Shown one piece after another: positions 1 to 10,876 of a stretch of DNA of 41,469 nucleotides (position 1 is its first letter; each line of letters starts with the position of its first letter). The DNA lies in the NCBI GenBank assembly GCA_002269645.1, contig NIVC01001572.1, positions 45,052 to 86,520 of the forward strand. Reading direction: 5' to 3'. The notes under the pieces were generated by a model. That model was given only the letters and a program-made list of their open reading frames with translations. It made no database searches and had not been told where the DNA came from. The translations under genes were made by a program, and so were the position numbers. This DNA is from Macrostomum lignano. Lineage: Eukaryota.

Positions 1-3000
1 CTGAGGGAAAGATGCAGTGACTGAGGGAAAGATGCAGTGACTGAGGGAAAGATGCAGTGACTGAGGGAAAGATACAGTGACTGAGGAAAGATGCAGTGAC
101 TGAGGGAAAGATGCAGTGACTGAGGGAAAGATGCAGTGACTGAGGGAAAGATACAGTGACTGAGGGAAAGATGCAGTGACTGAGGGAAAGATGCAGTGAC
201 TGAGGGAAAGATGCAGTGACTGAGGGAAAGATACAGTGACTGAGGGAAAGATGCAGTGACTGAGGGAAAGATGCAGTGACTGAGGAAAGATGCAGTGACT
301 GAGGGAAAGATGCAGTGACTGAGGGAAAGATGCAGTGACTGAGGGAAAGATGCAGTGACTGAGGGAAGATGCAGTGACTGAGGGAAAGATGCAGTGACTG
401 AGGAAAGATGCAGTGACTGAGGGAAATGCAGTGACTGAGGGAAAGATGCAGTGACTGAGGGAAAGATGCAGTGACTGAGGGAAAGATGCAGTGACTGAGG
501 GAAAGATGCAGTGACTGAGGGAAAGATGCAGTGACTGAGGGAAAGATGCAGTGACTGAGGGAAAGATACAGTGACTGAGGGAAAGATGCAGTGACTGAGG
601 GAAAGATGCAGTGACTGAGGGAAAGATACAGTGACTGAGGAAAGATAGTGACTGAGGGAAAGATGCAGTGACTGAGGGAAAGATGCAGTGACTGAGGGAA
701 AGATACAGTGACTGAGGGAAAGATACAGTGACTGAGGGAAAGATACAGTGACTGAGGGAAAGATGCAGTGACTGAGGGAAAGATGCAGTGATGAGGGAAA
801 GATGCAGTGACTGAGGGAAAGATACAGTGACTGAGGGAAAGATACAGTGACTGAGGGAAAGATGCAGTGACTGAGGGAAAGATACAGAGACTGAGGGAAA
901 GATACAGTGACTGAGGGAAAGATACAGTGACTAGGGAAAGATGCAGTGACTGAGGGAAAGATACAGAGACTAAGGGAAAGATACAGTGACTAAGGGAAAG
1001 ATACAGTGACTGAGGGAAAGGTGCAGTGACTGAGGGAAAGATACAGTGACTGAGGAAAGATACAGTGACTGAGGGAAAGGTGCAGTGACTGAGGGAAAGA
1101 TACAGAGACTGAGGGAAAGATACAGTGACTAGGGAAAGATGCAGTGACTGAGGGAAAGATGCAGAGACTAGGGAAAGATACAGTGACTAAGGGAAAGATA
1201 CAGTGACTGAGGGAAAGATGCAGTGACTGAGGGAAAGATACAGTGATGAGGGAAAGATACAGTGACGAGGGAAAGATGCAGTGACTGAGGGAAAGATGCA
1301 GTGACTGAGGGAAAGATGCAGTACTGAGGGAAAGATGCAGTGACTGAGGAAAGATACAGTGACTGAGGGAAAGATACAGTGATTGAGGGAAAGATACAGT
1401 GACTGAGGGAAAGATGCAGTGACTGAGGGAAAGATGCAGTGACTGAGGGAAAGATGCAGAGACTAAGGAAAGATGCAGTGACTGAGGGAAAGATACAGTG
1501 ACTGAGGGAAAGATACAGTGACTGAGGGAAAGGTGCAGTGACTGAGGAAAGATACAGAGACTGAGGGAAAGATACAGTGACTGAGGAAAGATACAGTGAC
1601 TAAGGGAAAGATGCAGTGACTGAGGGAAAGATGCAGAGACTAAGGGAAAGATACAGTGACTAAGGGAAAGATACAGTGACTGAGGGAAAGATGCAGTGAC
1701 TGAGGGAAAGATGCAGTGACTGAGGGAAAGATGCAGTAACTGAGGGAAAGATGCAGTGACTGAGGGAAAGATACAGTGACTGAGGAAAGATACAGTGACT
1801 GAGGGAAAGGTGCAGTGACTGAGGGAAAGATACAGAGACTGAGGGAAAGATACTGTGACTAAGGGAAAGATGCAGTGACTGAGGGAAAGATGCAGAGACT
1901 AAGGGAAAGATACAGTGACTAAGGGAAAGATACAGTGACTGAGGGAAAGGTGCAGTGACTGAGGGAAAGATACAGTGATTGAGGGAAAGATACAGTGACT
2001 GAGGGAAAGATGCAGTGACTGAGGGAAAGATGCAGTGACTGAGGGAAAGATGCAGTAACTGAGGGAAGATGCAGTGACTGAGGGAAAGATACAGTGACTG
2101 AGGGAAAGATACAGTGACTGAGGGAAAGATGCAGTGACTGAGGGAAAGATGCAGAGACTAAGGGAAAGATACAGTGACTAAGGGAAAGATACAGTGACTG
2201 AGGGAAAGGTGCAGTGACTGAGGAAAGATACAGTGATTGAGGGAAAGATACAGTGACTGAGGGAAAGATGCAGTGACTGAGGGAAAATGGAGTGACTGAG
2301 GGAAAGATGCAGTGACTGAGGGAAAGATACAGTGACTGAGGGAAAGATACAGTGACTGAGGGAAAGGTGCAGTGACTGAGGGAAAGATACAGAGACTGAG
2401 GGAAAGATACAGTGACTAAGGAAAGATGCAGTGACTGAGGGAAAGATACAGTGACTGAGGGAAAGATACAGTGACTAAGGGAAAGATACAGTGACTGAGG
2501 GAAGATGCAGTGACTGAGGGAAAGATACAGTGATTGAGGGAAAGATACAGTGACTGAGGGAAAGATGCAGTGACTGAGGGAAAATGGAGTGACTGAGGGA
2601 AAGATGCAGTGACTGAGGGAAAGATACAGTGACTGAGGGAAAGATACAGTGACTGAGGGAAAGATACAGAGACTGAGGGAAAGATACAGTGACTGAGGGA
2701 AAGATACAGTGACTGAGGGAAAGGTGCAGTGACTGAGGGAAAGATACAGTGACTGAGGGAAAGATACAGTGACTGAGGGAAAGATACAGTGACTAAGGGA
2801 AAGATGCAGTGACTGAGGGAAAGATGCAGAGACTAAGGGAAAGATACAGTGACTGAGGGAAAGATACAGTGACTGAGGGAAAGGTGCAGTGACTGAGGGA
2901 AAGATACAGAGACTGAGGGAAAGATGCAGTGACTGAGGGAAAATGGAGTGACTGAGGGAAAGATGCAGTGACTGAGGGAAAGATACAGTGACTGAGGGAA

Positions 3001-4080
3001 AGATGCAGTGACTAAGGGAAAGATGCAGAGACTAAGGGAAAGATACAGTGACTGAGGGAAAGATACAGTGACTGAGGGAAAGATGCAGTGACTGAGGGAA
3101 AGATGCAGAGACTAAGGGAAAGATGCAGAGACTAAGGGAAAGATACAGTGACTGAGGGAAAGATACAGTGACTGAGGGAAAGATACAGAGACTGAGGGAA
3201 AGATGCAGTGATTGAGGGAAAGATGCAGTGACTGAGGGAAAGATGCAGTGACTGAGGGAAAGATACAGAGACTGAGGGAAAGATGCAGTGACTGAGGGAA
3301 AATGGAGTGACTGAGGGAAAGATGCAGTGACTGAGGGAAAGATACAGTGACTGAGGGAAAGATGCAGTGACTAAGGGAAAGATGCAGAGACTAAGGGAAA
3401 GATACAGTGACTGAGGGAAAGATACAGTGACTGAGGGAAAGATGCAGTGACTGAGGGAAAGATGCAGTAACTGAGGGAAAGATGCAGAGACTAAGGGAAA
3501 GATGCAGAGACTAAGGGAAAGATACAGTGACTGAGGGAAAGATACAGTGACTGAGGGAAAGATACAGTGACTGAGGGAAAGATGCAGTGATTGAGGGAAA
3601 GATGCAGTGACTGAGGGAAAGATGCAGTGACTGAGGGAAAGATACAGAGACTGAGGGAAAGATGCAGTGACTGAGGGAAAGATGCAGTGACTGAGGGAAA
3701 GATGCAGTGACTGAGGGAAAGATGCAGTGACTGAGGGAAAATGCAGTGACTGAGGGAAAGATGCAGTGACTGAGGGAAAGATGCTGTGACTGAGGGAAGA
3801 TGCAGTGACTGAGGGAAAGATGCTGTGACTGAGGGAAAGATGCAGTGACTGAGGGAAAGATGCAGTAACTGAGGGAAGATGCAGTGACTGAGGGAAAGAT
3901 GCAGTGACTGAGGGAAAGATGCAGTGACTGAGGGAAAGATACAGAGACTGAGGGAAAGATGGAGTGACTGAGGGAAAGATGCAGTAACTGAGGGAAAGAT
4001 ACAGAGACTGAGGGAAAGATGCAATGACTGAGGGAAAGATGCAGTGACTGAGGGAAAGATGCAGTAACTGAGGGAAGATG
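1..4080. repeat. Minisatellite, 20-bp unit CTGAGGGAAAGATGCAGTGA, ~200 copies, runs off the window start
   Basis: Direct reading. Variants include GATACAG, GCAGAGAC, CTAAGG and a 19-nt AAAATGGAG unit. Confidence 0.98.
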
Positions 4081-4083
4081 TAC

Positions 4084-4419
4084 ACGCAGCCAGCATCCTC
4101 CAGCCCCATCCTCTGCCAGGTAGTGGAGTGAGGAGTCGCTATGTCGCAGACCCTGCAGCCCACCAACTGGCACTGAATAGCAAATCAGATGGGGTGCGGG
4201 AGACGCAGTTAATGGGGCGACAGAAGAGGCTGGCAGCCGTTATTAATTATTTATTTAACCGCCTTTGGAACAAACTTCAGTGCGCATTTTCCCTATTGGG
4301 GCTCTTTGAGCAGTTTTTACAGAAAGAAGAAGTGCCAACCTGCCCGCGGATTCTGGGCTTGAGGATGTTGAACGGCAACACATCTACCCTCAGATGCCGG
4401 GTTCGAGGACAGATATAAA
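4084..4419 (-). CDS. Two putative small internal exons (4419-4340 and 4172-~4085) of an unidentified minus-strand gene: YICPRTRHLRVDVLPFNILKPRIRGQ / CQLVGCRVCDIATPHSTTWQRMGLEDAGC
   Basis: Unique island inside the array. Splice sites are CAAG|TT (4420/4419), CAG|GTTGGC (4340/4339) and CTATTCAG|TGC (4173/4172). Phases are compatible and the joined frame is open. No family recognised; the last donor is weak. Confidence 0.35.
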
Positions 4420-4440
4420 CTTGAGTGACAGAGCGAGTGA

Positions 4441-5452
4441 TGGAGTGACTGAGGGAAATATGGAGAGACTGAATGAACCAGAGAGAGAGTGACTAGGACA
4501 TTGACTGAGGGAAAGATGCAGTGACTGAGGGAAAATGCAGTGACTGAGGGAAAGATGCAGTGACTGAGGGAAAGATGCAATGACTGAGGGAAAGATGCAA
4601 TGACTGAGGGAAAGATGCAGTGACTGAGGGAAGATGCAGTGACTGAGGGAAAGATGCAATGACTGAGGGAAAGATGCAGTGACTGAGGGAAGATGCAGTG
4701 ACTGAGGGAAAGATGCAATGACTGAGGGAAAGATGCAGTGACTGAGGGAAGATGCAGTGACTGAGGGAAAGATGCAATGACTGAGGGAAAGATGCAGTGA
4801 CTGAGGGAAAGATGCAGTGACTGAGGGAAAGATGCAGTGACTGAGGGAAAGATGCAGTGACTGAGGGAAAGATGCAGTGACTGAGGGAAAGATGCAGTGA
4901 CTGAGGGAAAGATGCAGTGACTGAGGGAAAATGGAGTAACTGAGGGAAAGATGCAGTGACTGAGGGAAAGATACAGTGACTGAGGGAAGATGCAGTGACT
5001 GAGGGAAAGATGCAGTGACTGAGGGAAAGATGCAGTGACTGAGGGAAAATGGAGTAACTGAGGGAAAGATGCAGTGACTGAGGGAAAGATGCAGTGACTG
5101 AGGGAAAGATGCAATGACTGAGGGAAAGATGCAGTGACTGAGGGAAAGATGCAGTGACTGAGGGAAAGATGCAGTGACTGAGGGAAAGATACAGTGACTG
5201 AGGGAAAGATGCAGTGACTGAGGGAAAGATGCAATGACTGAGGGAAAGATGCAATGACTGGGGGAAAGATGCAGTGACTGAGGGAAAGATGCAATGACTG
5301 AGGGAAAGATGCAGTGACTGAGGGAAAGATGCTGTGACTGAGGGAAAGATGCAGTGACTGAGGGAAAGATGCTGTGACTGAGGGAAAGATGCAATGACTG
5401 AGGGAAAGATGCAGTGACTGAGGGAAAGACGGAATGACTGAAGTGACGGAAT
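4441..5452. repeat. Second block of the same 20-bp minisatellite (~48 copies, degenerate edges)
   Basis: Same unit as 1-4080, with more GCAATGA variants. Confidence 0.97.
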
Positions 5453-5454
5453 GG

Positions 5455-5665
5455 AGGCCCTGAGAAGTGAGCACTGAGACAGCAGTGGAGAAGAGCTGAG
5501 GCCCTGAGAAGTGAGCACTGAGACAGCAGTGGAGAAGAGCTGAGGCCCTGAGAAGTGAGCACTGAGACAGCAGTGGAGAAGAGCTGAGGCCCTGAGAAGT
5601 GAGCACTGAGACAGCGGTGGAGAAGAGCTGAGGCCCTGAGAAGTGAGCACTGAGACAGCAGTGGA
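5455..5665. repeat. 44-bp tandem repeat, ~4.7 copies (GGCCCTGAGAAGTGAGCACTGAGACAGCAGTGGAGAAGAGCTGA)
   Basis: TGAGAAG recurs at 5461, 5505, 5549, 5593 and 5637. Confidence 0.95.
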
Positions 5666-6143
5666 AGCCCGCACAGCTGAGTGGGGCAGTCAGTCGGAAG
5701 GGAGGCACTGCAGGACGGCGAGTCCATCGGAAGCCGGTGGATCAGCAGTGGTGGCCAGAAAATCCGCTTTACTGGCGCCGTTTCGTGCAGTAAAAAAGGG
5801 AGAAAAAATGATTTCAAGACAGATAAGCGGCCGGGGGTGGACAGAATGCCACAGCTGAGAGACCGGGACTCGGTCAGGCTGGAGTTGCTAGGAGAGGAAG
5901 CACCAATCGGGTTGAGTCGCTGGCTGGCTGCTCATGGAATTCCCAAACCCCACGCGCCCCGTCCCTCCGCGGCCCACAGCCTTTATTCCCCACCCACCCA
6001 CAGAGATCCCTCTCACCCAAATCCCCAGGCTGCCCACCCCTCCGACCCGCTGCGCTACAGACAGAAAGACAAAAGCCTCTTGCGGAGCTGCCGGAGCCGG
6101 AGCGCACTTTTGCACCTCGCCAGCCCTGCCACTCTCGCAGCCC

Positions 6144-7211
6144 ATGGGCCAGCAGCTCAGCAGCGAGTCGTACTGCCTCGCCACCATTGAGAAGCTTGTC
6201 GGCGAGCTCAACACGACCGACAGTCAGGTAAGCGAGAGTCATGTGACCTGCGGAGCCTGCGGCGGCAGCCCCGGAGGCGGTGAGTTCAGCGGCGATCATG
6301 GAGGCGGTGACGGCGGCGGGGAGGCCTGCCGGATCGCCTTCGCGTGGCGCGAGTGGGCCAGGGTGAGCAAATTCCTGGAGCGGGTGCTCCCCAACTCTGA
6401 GCAGAAGCGACTGCTGCGCCACGTGCTGCTGGAGCAGACCGGCCTGAGCCACTGCAGCTTCGCTGATGCCAACGAAGGAGCCGACGAGAGTGACGAGCTC
6501 TGCGTCAATGGCAGCGCCGGTGGGGGTGCCGACGGCCCGCGACCCTCAGCCGAGAGCCGCTGGTCGGTGCACCTCAACTACGGCGACGACAGCGACAAAA
6601 ATGCCATCCTCTACCGAGACTTCGTGAAGCTGCACTTCCAGCTGGATCACGTGACCGCGCCTCTGTCGGCGACCCAGCAGCAGCAGCAGCAGCAGCCGCA
6701 GACGACCTCAGCGGAGCTGGCGAGCCGGGACAGCGGCCTGTCCTCGCTGTCCTCCTCGTCGTCCTCGTCGGCTGGTCAGCAGGGCGTCGATCTGGCCGAC
6801 CGGCTGGCGGAGGACCTTCGCAGACGCTGCCAGCGCATCGGTGTCGCCCTCGTGGTGACGAAGGCGGCCTACCACAGCCGCGACTGCTGCTGTGTGGTGA
6901 GCGGCACGGTGGACGTGCGCTCCGTGCTGCGCAACTCCGGCAGCCTGGAGCTGCGCAGCCGCGTCAACGTTGACGTCGAGGACGCGGAACTCGGCGACCA
7001 GCTGCAGAGGTCGCTCAGCGGCCTCCGGGATCGCCTGGCCGGGCAGCAGCAGCAGCAGCTGCAGTTTCTGCAGCAGGTCCGGGAGCAGCAGGAGCAGCAG
7101 GAGCAGCAGCAGCAGCAACAGGCGTATTTCCCGATGGTCCTCTACCTGTGCGGGGACAGCAACCGAGTGATCCTCATCTACGGCAGGAGGCTGCGCCACC
7201 CAGCTGGCTGA
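6144..7211 (+). CDS. Uncharacterised ~355-aa protein starting MGQQLSS (N-myristoylation consensus MGxxxS), with poly-Q and poly-S tracts
   Basis: Long GC3-rich ORF. The ATG at 6144 directly follows an acceptor-like CTCTCGCAG (6140). AATAAA lies ~200 nt after the stop. No domain recognised. Confidence 0.75.
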   Translation: MGQQLSSESYCLATIEKLVGELNTTDSQVSESHVTCGACGGSPGGGEFSGDHGGGDGGGEACRIAFAWREWARVSKFLERVLPNSEQKRLLRHVLLEQTGLSHCSFADANEGADESDELCVNGSAGGGADGPRPSAESRWSVHLNYGDDSDKNAILYRDFVKLHFQLDHVTAPLSATQQQQQQQPQTTSAELASRDSGLSSLSSSSSSSAGQQGVDLADRLAEDLRRRCQRIGVALVVTKAAYHSRDCCCVVSGTVDVRSVLRNSGSLELRSRVNVDVEDAELGDQLQRSLSGLRDRLAGQQQQQLQFLQQVREQQEQQEQQQQQQAYFPMVLYLCGDSNRVILIYGRRLRHPAG

Positions 7212-7410
7212 CTGGCTGACTCTCTTGACAGCTGCCTGCCCTGAGTCTCGGGCCCCGAAGCCGGTAAACTTCGCTGACAGACACCTCTGCCCCTGTTTGT
7301 CCCGAGTTTGTTTATACCGCGGTCACAGCGACAATTCCATATTTAAAAGTCGCCTTCTACTTAACGGTCCCAATATTTTGCCTAAACAATGGCGCTTGCC
7401 CGCCCCCAGC

Positions 7411-7416
7411 AATAAA
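7411..7416 (+). terminator. Probable polyadenylation signal (AATAAA) of the 6144-7211 gene
   Basis: Canonical hexamer in an AT-richer 3' region 200 nt downstream of the stop. Confidence 0.5.
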
Positions 7417-8236
7417 ATCAAATTGAAAACAAATCCCGACTTTCGCTTTCAATTTTACTGACTGTCAGCAGGCTGACAGAGGCGGACAAGGTAGAGAGGG
7501 AGGAGTGTGAGATTGCCGCTGTCCCGAGGGCTCTTCTAGAAGCGGGCTTTAATGGAGTTGCTGACGGGACAATGTCCGGGCCGAGAAGAGACTGGACTCT
7601 TCATCGCTGATTGAATGGGGTGATCAATCACCGAGTGTTCGAGTCCCCATCTCACCCCGAGTCTCCCTCACCTCAGAGACGTCAGATCCCAAACCGGGAA
7701 TCACAAAAACTGACGCCCCGGGAGCTTTTAGAGGGGCATCCATCAGGCTAAGTGGGGCCGCAAAAATTCATCCCATTAGCGCCTGCAGCCTCCCAGTTCT
7801 CGGGCTTTCTTCCTTCTACAGTTCGATCGCCTGACACAGCAGAGCGGTGAGAAATCAGCCCAGTTGAATGGCAAAGCAAAAGAACTCTTGTGTTTAACAC
7901 GGCTATATTAAAATATTGTCTAGTAAATCCAATTGTTTCGGAATCGCAATGTTCGGGCAGTTATGATTTTGTACATGCACACCTTCCAGGGCAAAGAGAT
8001 TGGTTGATCAGTGGTGAGTCCTGCAGTTTTGCAGCTCTGATTGAGGCGGGTTGTGAGTTGAGTTCCTGAACTACTCATAGATGATTAAATTAGAAACGCT
8101 TTGCCAACCAAATACCGTACGTACAGAAAAATAGAGCTTTGAAATAGATCTAGTAAACTGATCTGTGAGCAGTTGAGCATCCTACAGTGAGTTGGATACG
8201 CATGCGCCAGCACCGCTCCAGAATGTTCCGCCCTGC

Positions 8237-9617
8237 TCACGGCAGCCGGTAGAAGCCGTGGCCGTGCGAGTAGCGGTGGAAGCAGGCAGCGCACATGTTG
8301 TAGTTCGGGCACAGGGAGCACTTGAACCGCCAGCCAATCAGCGGGTCGGTGCCGCAGCGGCTGCACTCGATGCCGAAGTGCACGAAGTCCGAGCCGTCGA
8401 TGCCTTTGGCGGCCACGTCCTGCCGGTAACCGGCCAAGGATGCCTGCACGGCCGGCGCTGTGGCCGGACACTTGCGCTGGGTGGCCGTGCGCGGCCGCAG
8501 GTAGTCGGGGCGGAAGACGGCGCGGCGGTCGCCCAAAACGGCAGCGTTCGGCGGCGGCGACGATTTGAGTGGAGAGTCGCGCAGCTCCTGAAAATGACGG
8601 ACGACTTGCAGTGCAGCATCAATGCGTTTGAGCTCTCCCAGCACACCTCACAACTGTAGGATCTCACAGACACCTCAAAGAAGCTCTTTATGCAACTCTC
8701 GGGTGAGAACTCACTCTGATCCGACGAACGGACGGCTTCTCAGCAGCCGAGACTCTGGAAGCCCCGTCGCTCACGGGCCGCAGTCGGTCTGCGGGTGCCG
8801 CGGCTGCTGGCAGGACTGAAGCCGCTGCCGCTGGAGCAGCTGCGGCGGCCTTCGAAGCCTCCTCCGGGCTGCCCCGCGGGTCGGCGCCGGCCGGGTGGTC
8901 CACCGCCTCCTGGCTGACCTCGACGTTGCCAGAGCTGCGTCGTCAGCTGGAGTGACGAGGATGCGGAACTCCGGAGGGGAGAAGTTGTTCAGAGCCAGCT
9001 GGAACTCCTCGTCCGAGGAGAACGTGATGAGGTCGCCGAACCGGTCTGAAAGCGCCGGGATGACGGAAGCTTGGAGGAACTCAGGAAACCGTATGCTTCA
9101 ATTCGGACTTGTTTCCACTGGCTTCCACAAGTTTCCAAGCTTGTTTCCACTGGCTTCCACAAATTTCCAAGCTTGTTTCCACTGGCTTCCACAAGTTTCC
9201 AAGCTTGTTTATACTCAAAATTCAAAAGTCCCATCCTTTCCAAGCAGGTGAACTAAAGCTCAATCTATTAATTCACCATTTACCTCTCAGAGACTAACCG
9301 CAGACGGTCCTGCTTAACTTGTATAAAAAAATCATTAACTCCTGCATCAACAAGGTCGCGGCAAAATTGCTTCGCTCAGGCTGAAGATTTAATTTGCTCA
9401 GCAACATAGCAGATTCGCGGCACTCACCGAGGTACTTCAGCTGGTAGCGGCCCTGAAGGTTGAACAGCCAGCCCAGCTTGCAGTGCAGCTCGTCCAGGTG
9501 CGCCCGGCGCAGCAGCAGCAGCCGAGTCTCGCTGAGCCCGGCCTCCTCCAGCCGGCACTTCACCGGCAGGACCCAGGCGCCCGGGGCCGCACCGGCCGGG
9601 TCCATCGCCGCTGTCAT
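8237..9617 (-). CDS. p62/SQSTM1-like PB1 + ZZ zinc-finger protein, complement(join(8237-8587, 8715-9045, 9428-9617)), ~290 aa, with a 1-nt frameshift in exon 2 (~8935-8945)
   Basis: PB1: VKCRL...YQLKYL|DRFGDLITFSSDEEFQLAL...FRILV (compare p62 DEDGDLVAFSSDEEL). ZZ: HFGIECSRC...IGWRFKCSLCPNYNMCAACF...H. Splice sites are G|GTGAGT, TTTCAG|, AGA|GTGAGT and TTTTCAG|. Exon 2 is 331 nt, one short of phase compatibility. Confidence 0.85.
9108..9210. repeat. 32-bp tandem repeat x3 (CTTGTTTCCACTGGCTTCCACAAGTTTCCAAG) in intron 1 of the PB1-ZZ gene
   Basis: Copies at 9108, 9140 and 9172. Confidence 0.9.
9212..9335 (+). repeat. 124-bp direct repeat, copy 1
   Basis: TACTCAAAATTCAAAAG...GTATAAAAAAATCAT reads identical to 10208-10331. 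Confidence 0.93.
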
Positions 9618-10207
9618 TGAGCAAAGAGCTGCCGAGTGTCTGCTAAGGCTGGCCGCCCGACCGGTCTGTCTCTCTCTGTGTGCTCGGCAACACGCTGCAT
9701 CTGCATTTCTCAGGTGCAACTCCTGTTTATCTGGCCTGCCCCTCCCCCCTGAGCAGTGTAGGCGAGTCAGAGATGAGCGCTATTGTTGAGCAAGGCGAGA
9801 GAGCAGTGCTCAAGCTACTCACAAGAATGGGGTGCTCAGCTCAGCTCGGTAGCAGCTGCCTCACCCTCCATCCTGTGCATTCGGCTGTAGTTGTTATTCA
9901 TTCAAGGCTCAGCACTCAGCGAGACACATTTTCTGTCATTTTTCCTTCGACTGTCAAAGGCCAGTTTGAGCAGGGCGCCCCCCCTCCGGCCTCGGCCCCG
10001 CCTGCCCCAGTGGCATCTGCGCCCACAGCTGCTGCGCCTCCCACACCGCCCGCCAGAGGTCGCGCCCTCTTGTGCCTCAGCGATGACGGGGAGAGCCTGC
10101 AAGCATGCAGCTGTGCCTGTCCTGGCCAGAAATCGATGTAAAATATCAAAATTAATAATAGCTGCTTTTTAGCACGTTTGTTTTTTAAACGAAATGTACC
10201 AATGCAC

Positions 10208-10331
10208 TACTCAAAATTCAAAAGTCCCATCCTTTCCAAGCAGGTGAACTAAAGCTCAATCTATTAATTCACCATTTACCTCTCAGAGACTAACCGCAGA
10301 CGGTCCTGCTTAACTTGTATAAAAAAATCAT
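10208..10331 (+). repeat. 124-bp direct repeat, copy 2
   Basis: Reads identical to 9212-9335. Confidence 0.93.
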
Positions 10332-10876
10332 ATCATGTCAAATCATAAAAAAATCAATATGCATGTCGCACGCCAAGGACCACTAGAAGTTACCGCAAAA
10401 GAAATACTCGTAGTTCGAATGTTAAAGTCCATGTTGTACCGGTGGGCCAAGAGTTTGGAAATATTGTCTCATTGATTTTGGAGGATTGACAATTCTTTGA
10501 TAGTGAAATGTAGACTGTAATTGTAAGCTTTGCGTCATCTTAAAAAGAGAACAAAATTTTGAACACACTTGCGAAAAAATTTTCACTTTAAGTGCAACTG
10601 ATCCGGAGTTGTGAGCATGAAAAGTTTAGCTGTAAATGCGAACAAGCGGGCATTAAGCTAGTTCGAGCATGCTAAATGCAGCTTGCTTAATACTTTACTA
10701 GTATGCTCATGCAATGCTACTTGCAAGTAGAACAGAGCAAATCTTGCATTAGTTTCTATTAAATACACCAACTGTGCCGCCCTAAGCCTGTGGCTTTAGT
10801 CAAAATAATTCAGAAATAAAACTCAGATGATAATCATTCTCTGAGTCAGTTAAATTTGGTTCCGAATGCAATCCTG

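Noticed and set aside
5715-5790. Minus-strand peptide RIFWPPLLIHRLPMDSP resembling the Kir-channel WPxxxxHxIDxxSP motif
   Set aside because: Too short, no convincing splice sites, and neighbouring putative exons are not Kir-like.
3132-5817. Long minus-strand ORFs (SLSHCIFPSVTASFPQ repeats)
   Set aside because: They are translations of the 20-bp array, whose minus strand lacks stops. They appear in all three frames and have no coding hallmarks.
6144-7211. RNF141 identity suggested by MGQQLS and VVTK...SGTVD
   Set aside because: The similar blocks are not collinear and there is no RING finger in the ORF.
9680-10141. 153-aa plus-strand ORF upstream of the PB1-ZZ gene
   Set aside because: No recognisable domain, a non-ATG start, and it lies in a likely promoter region.
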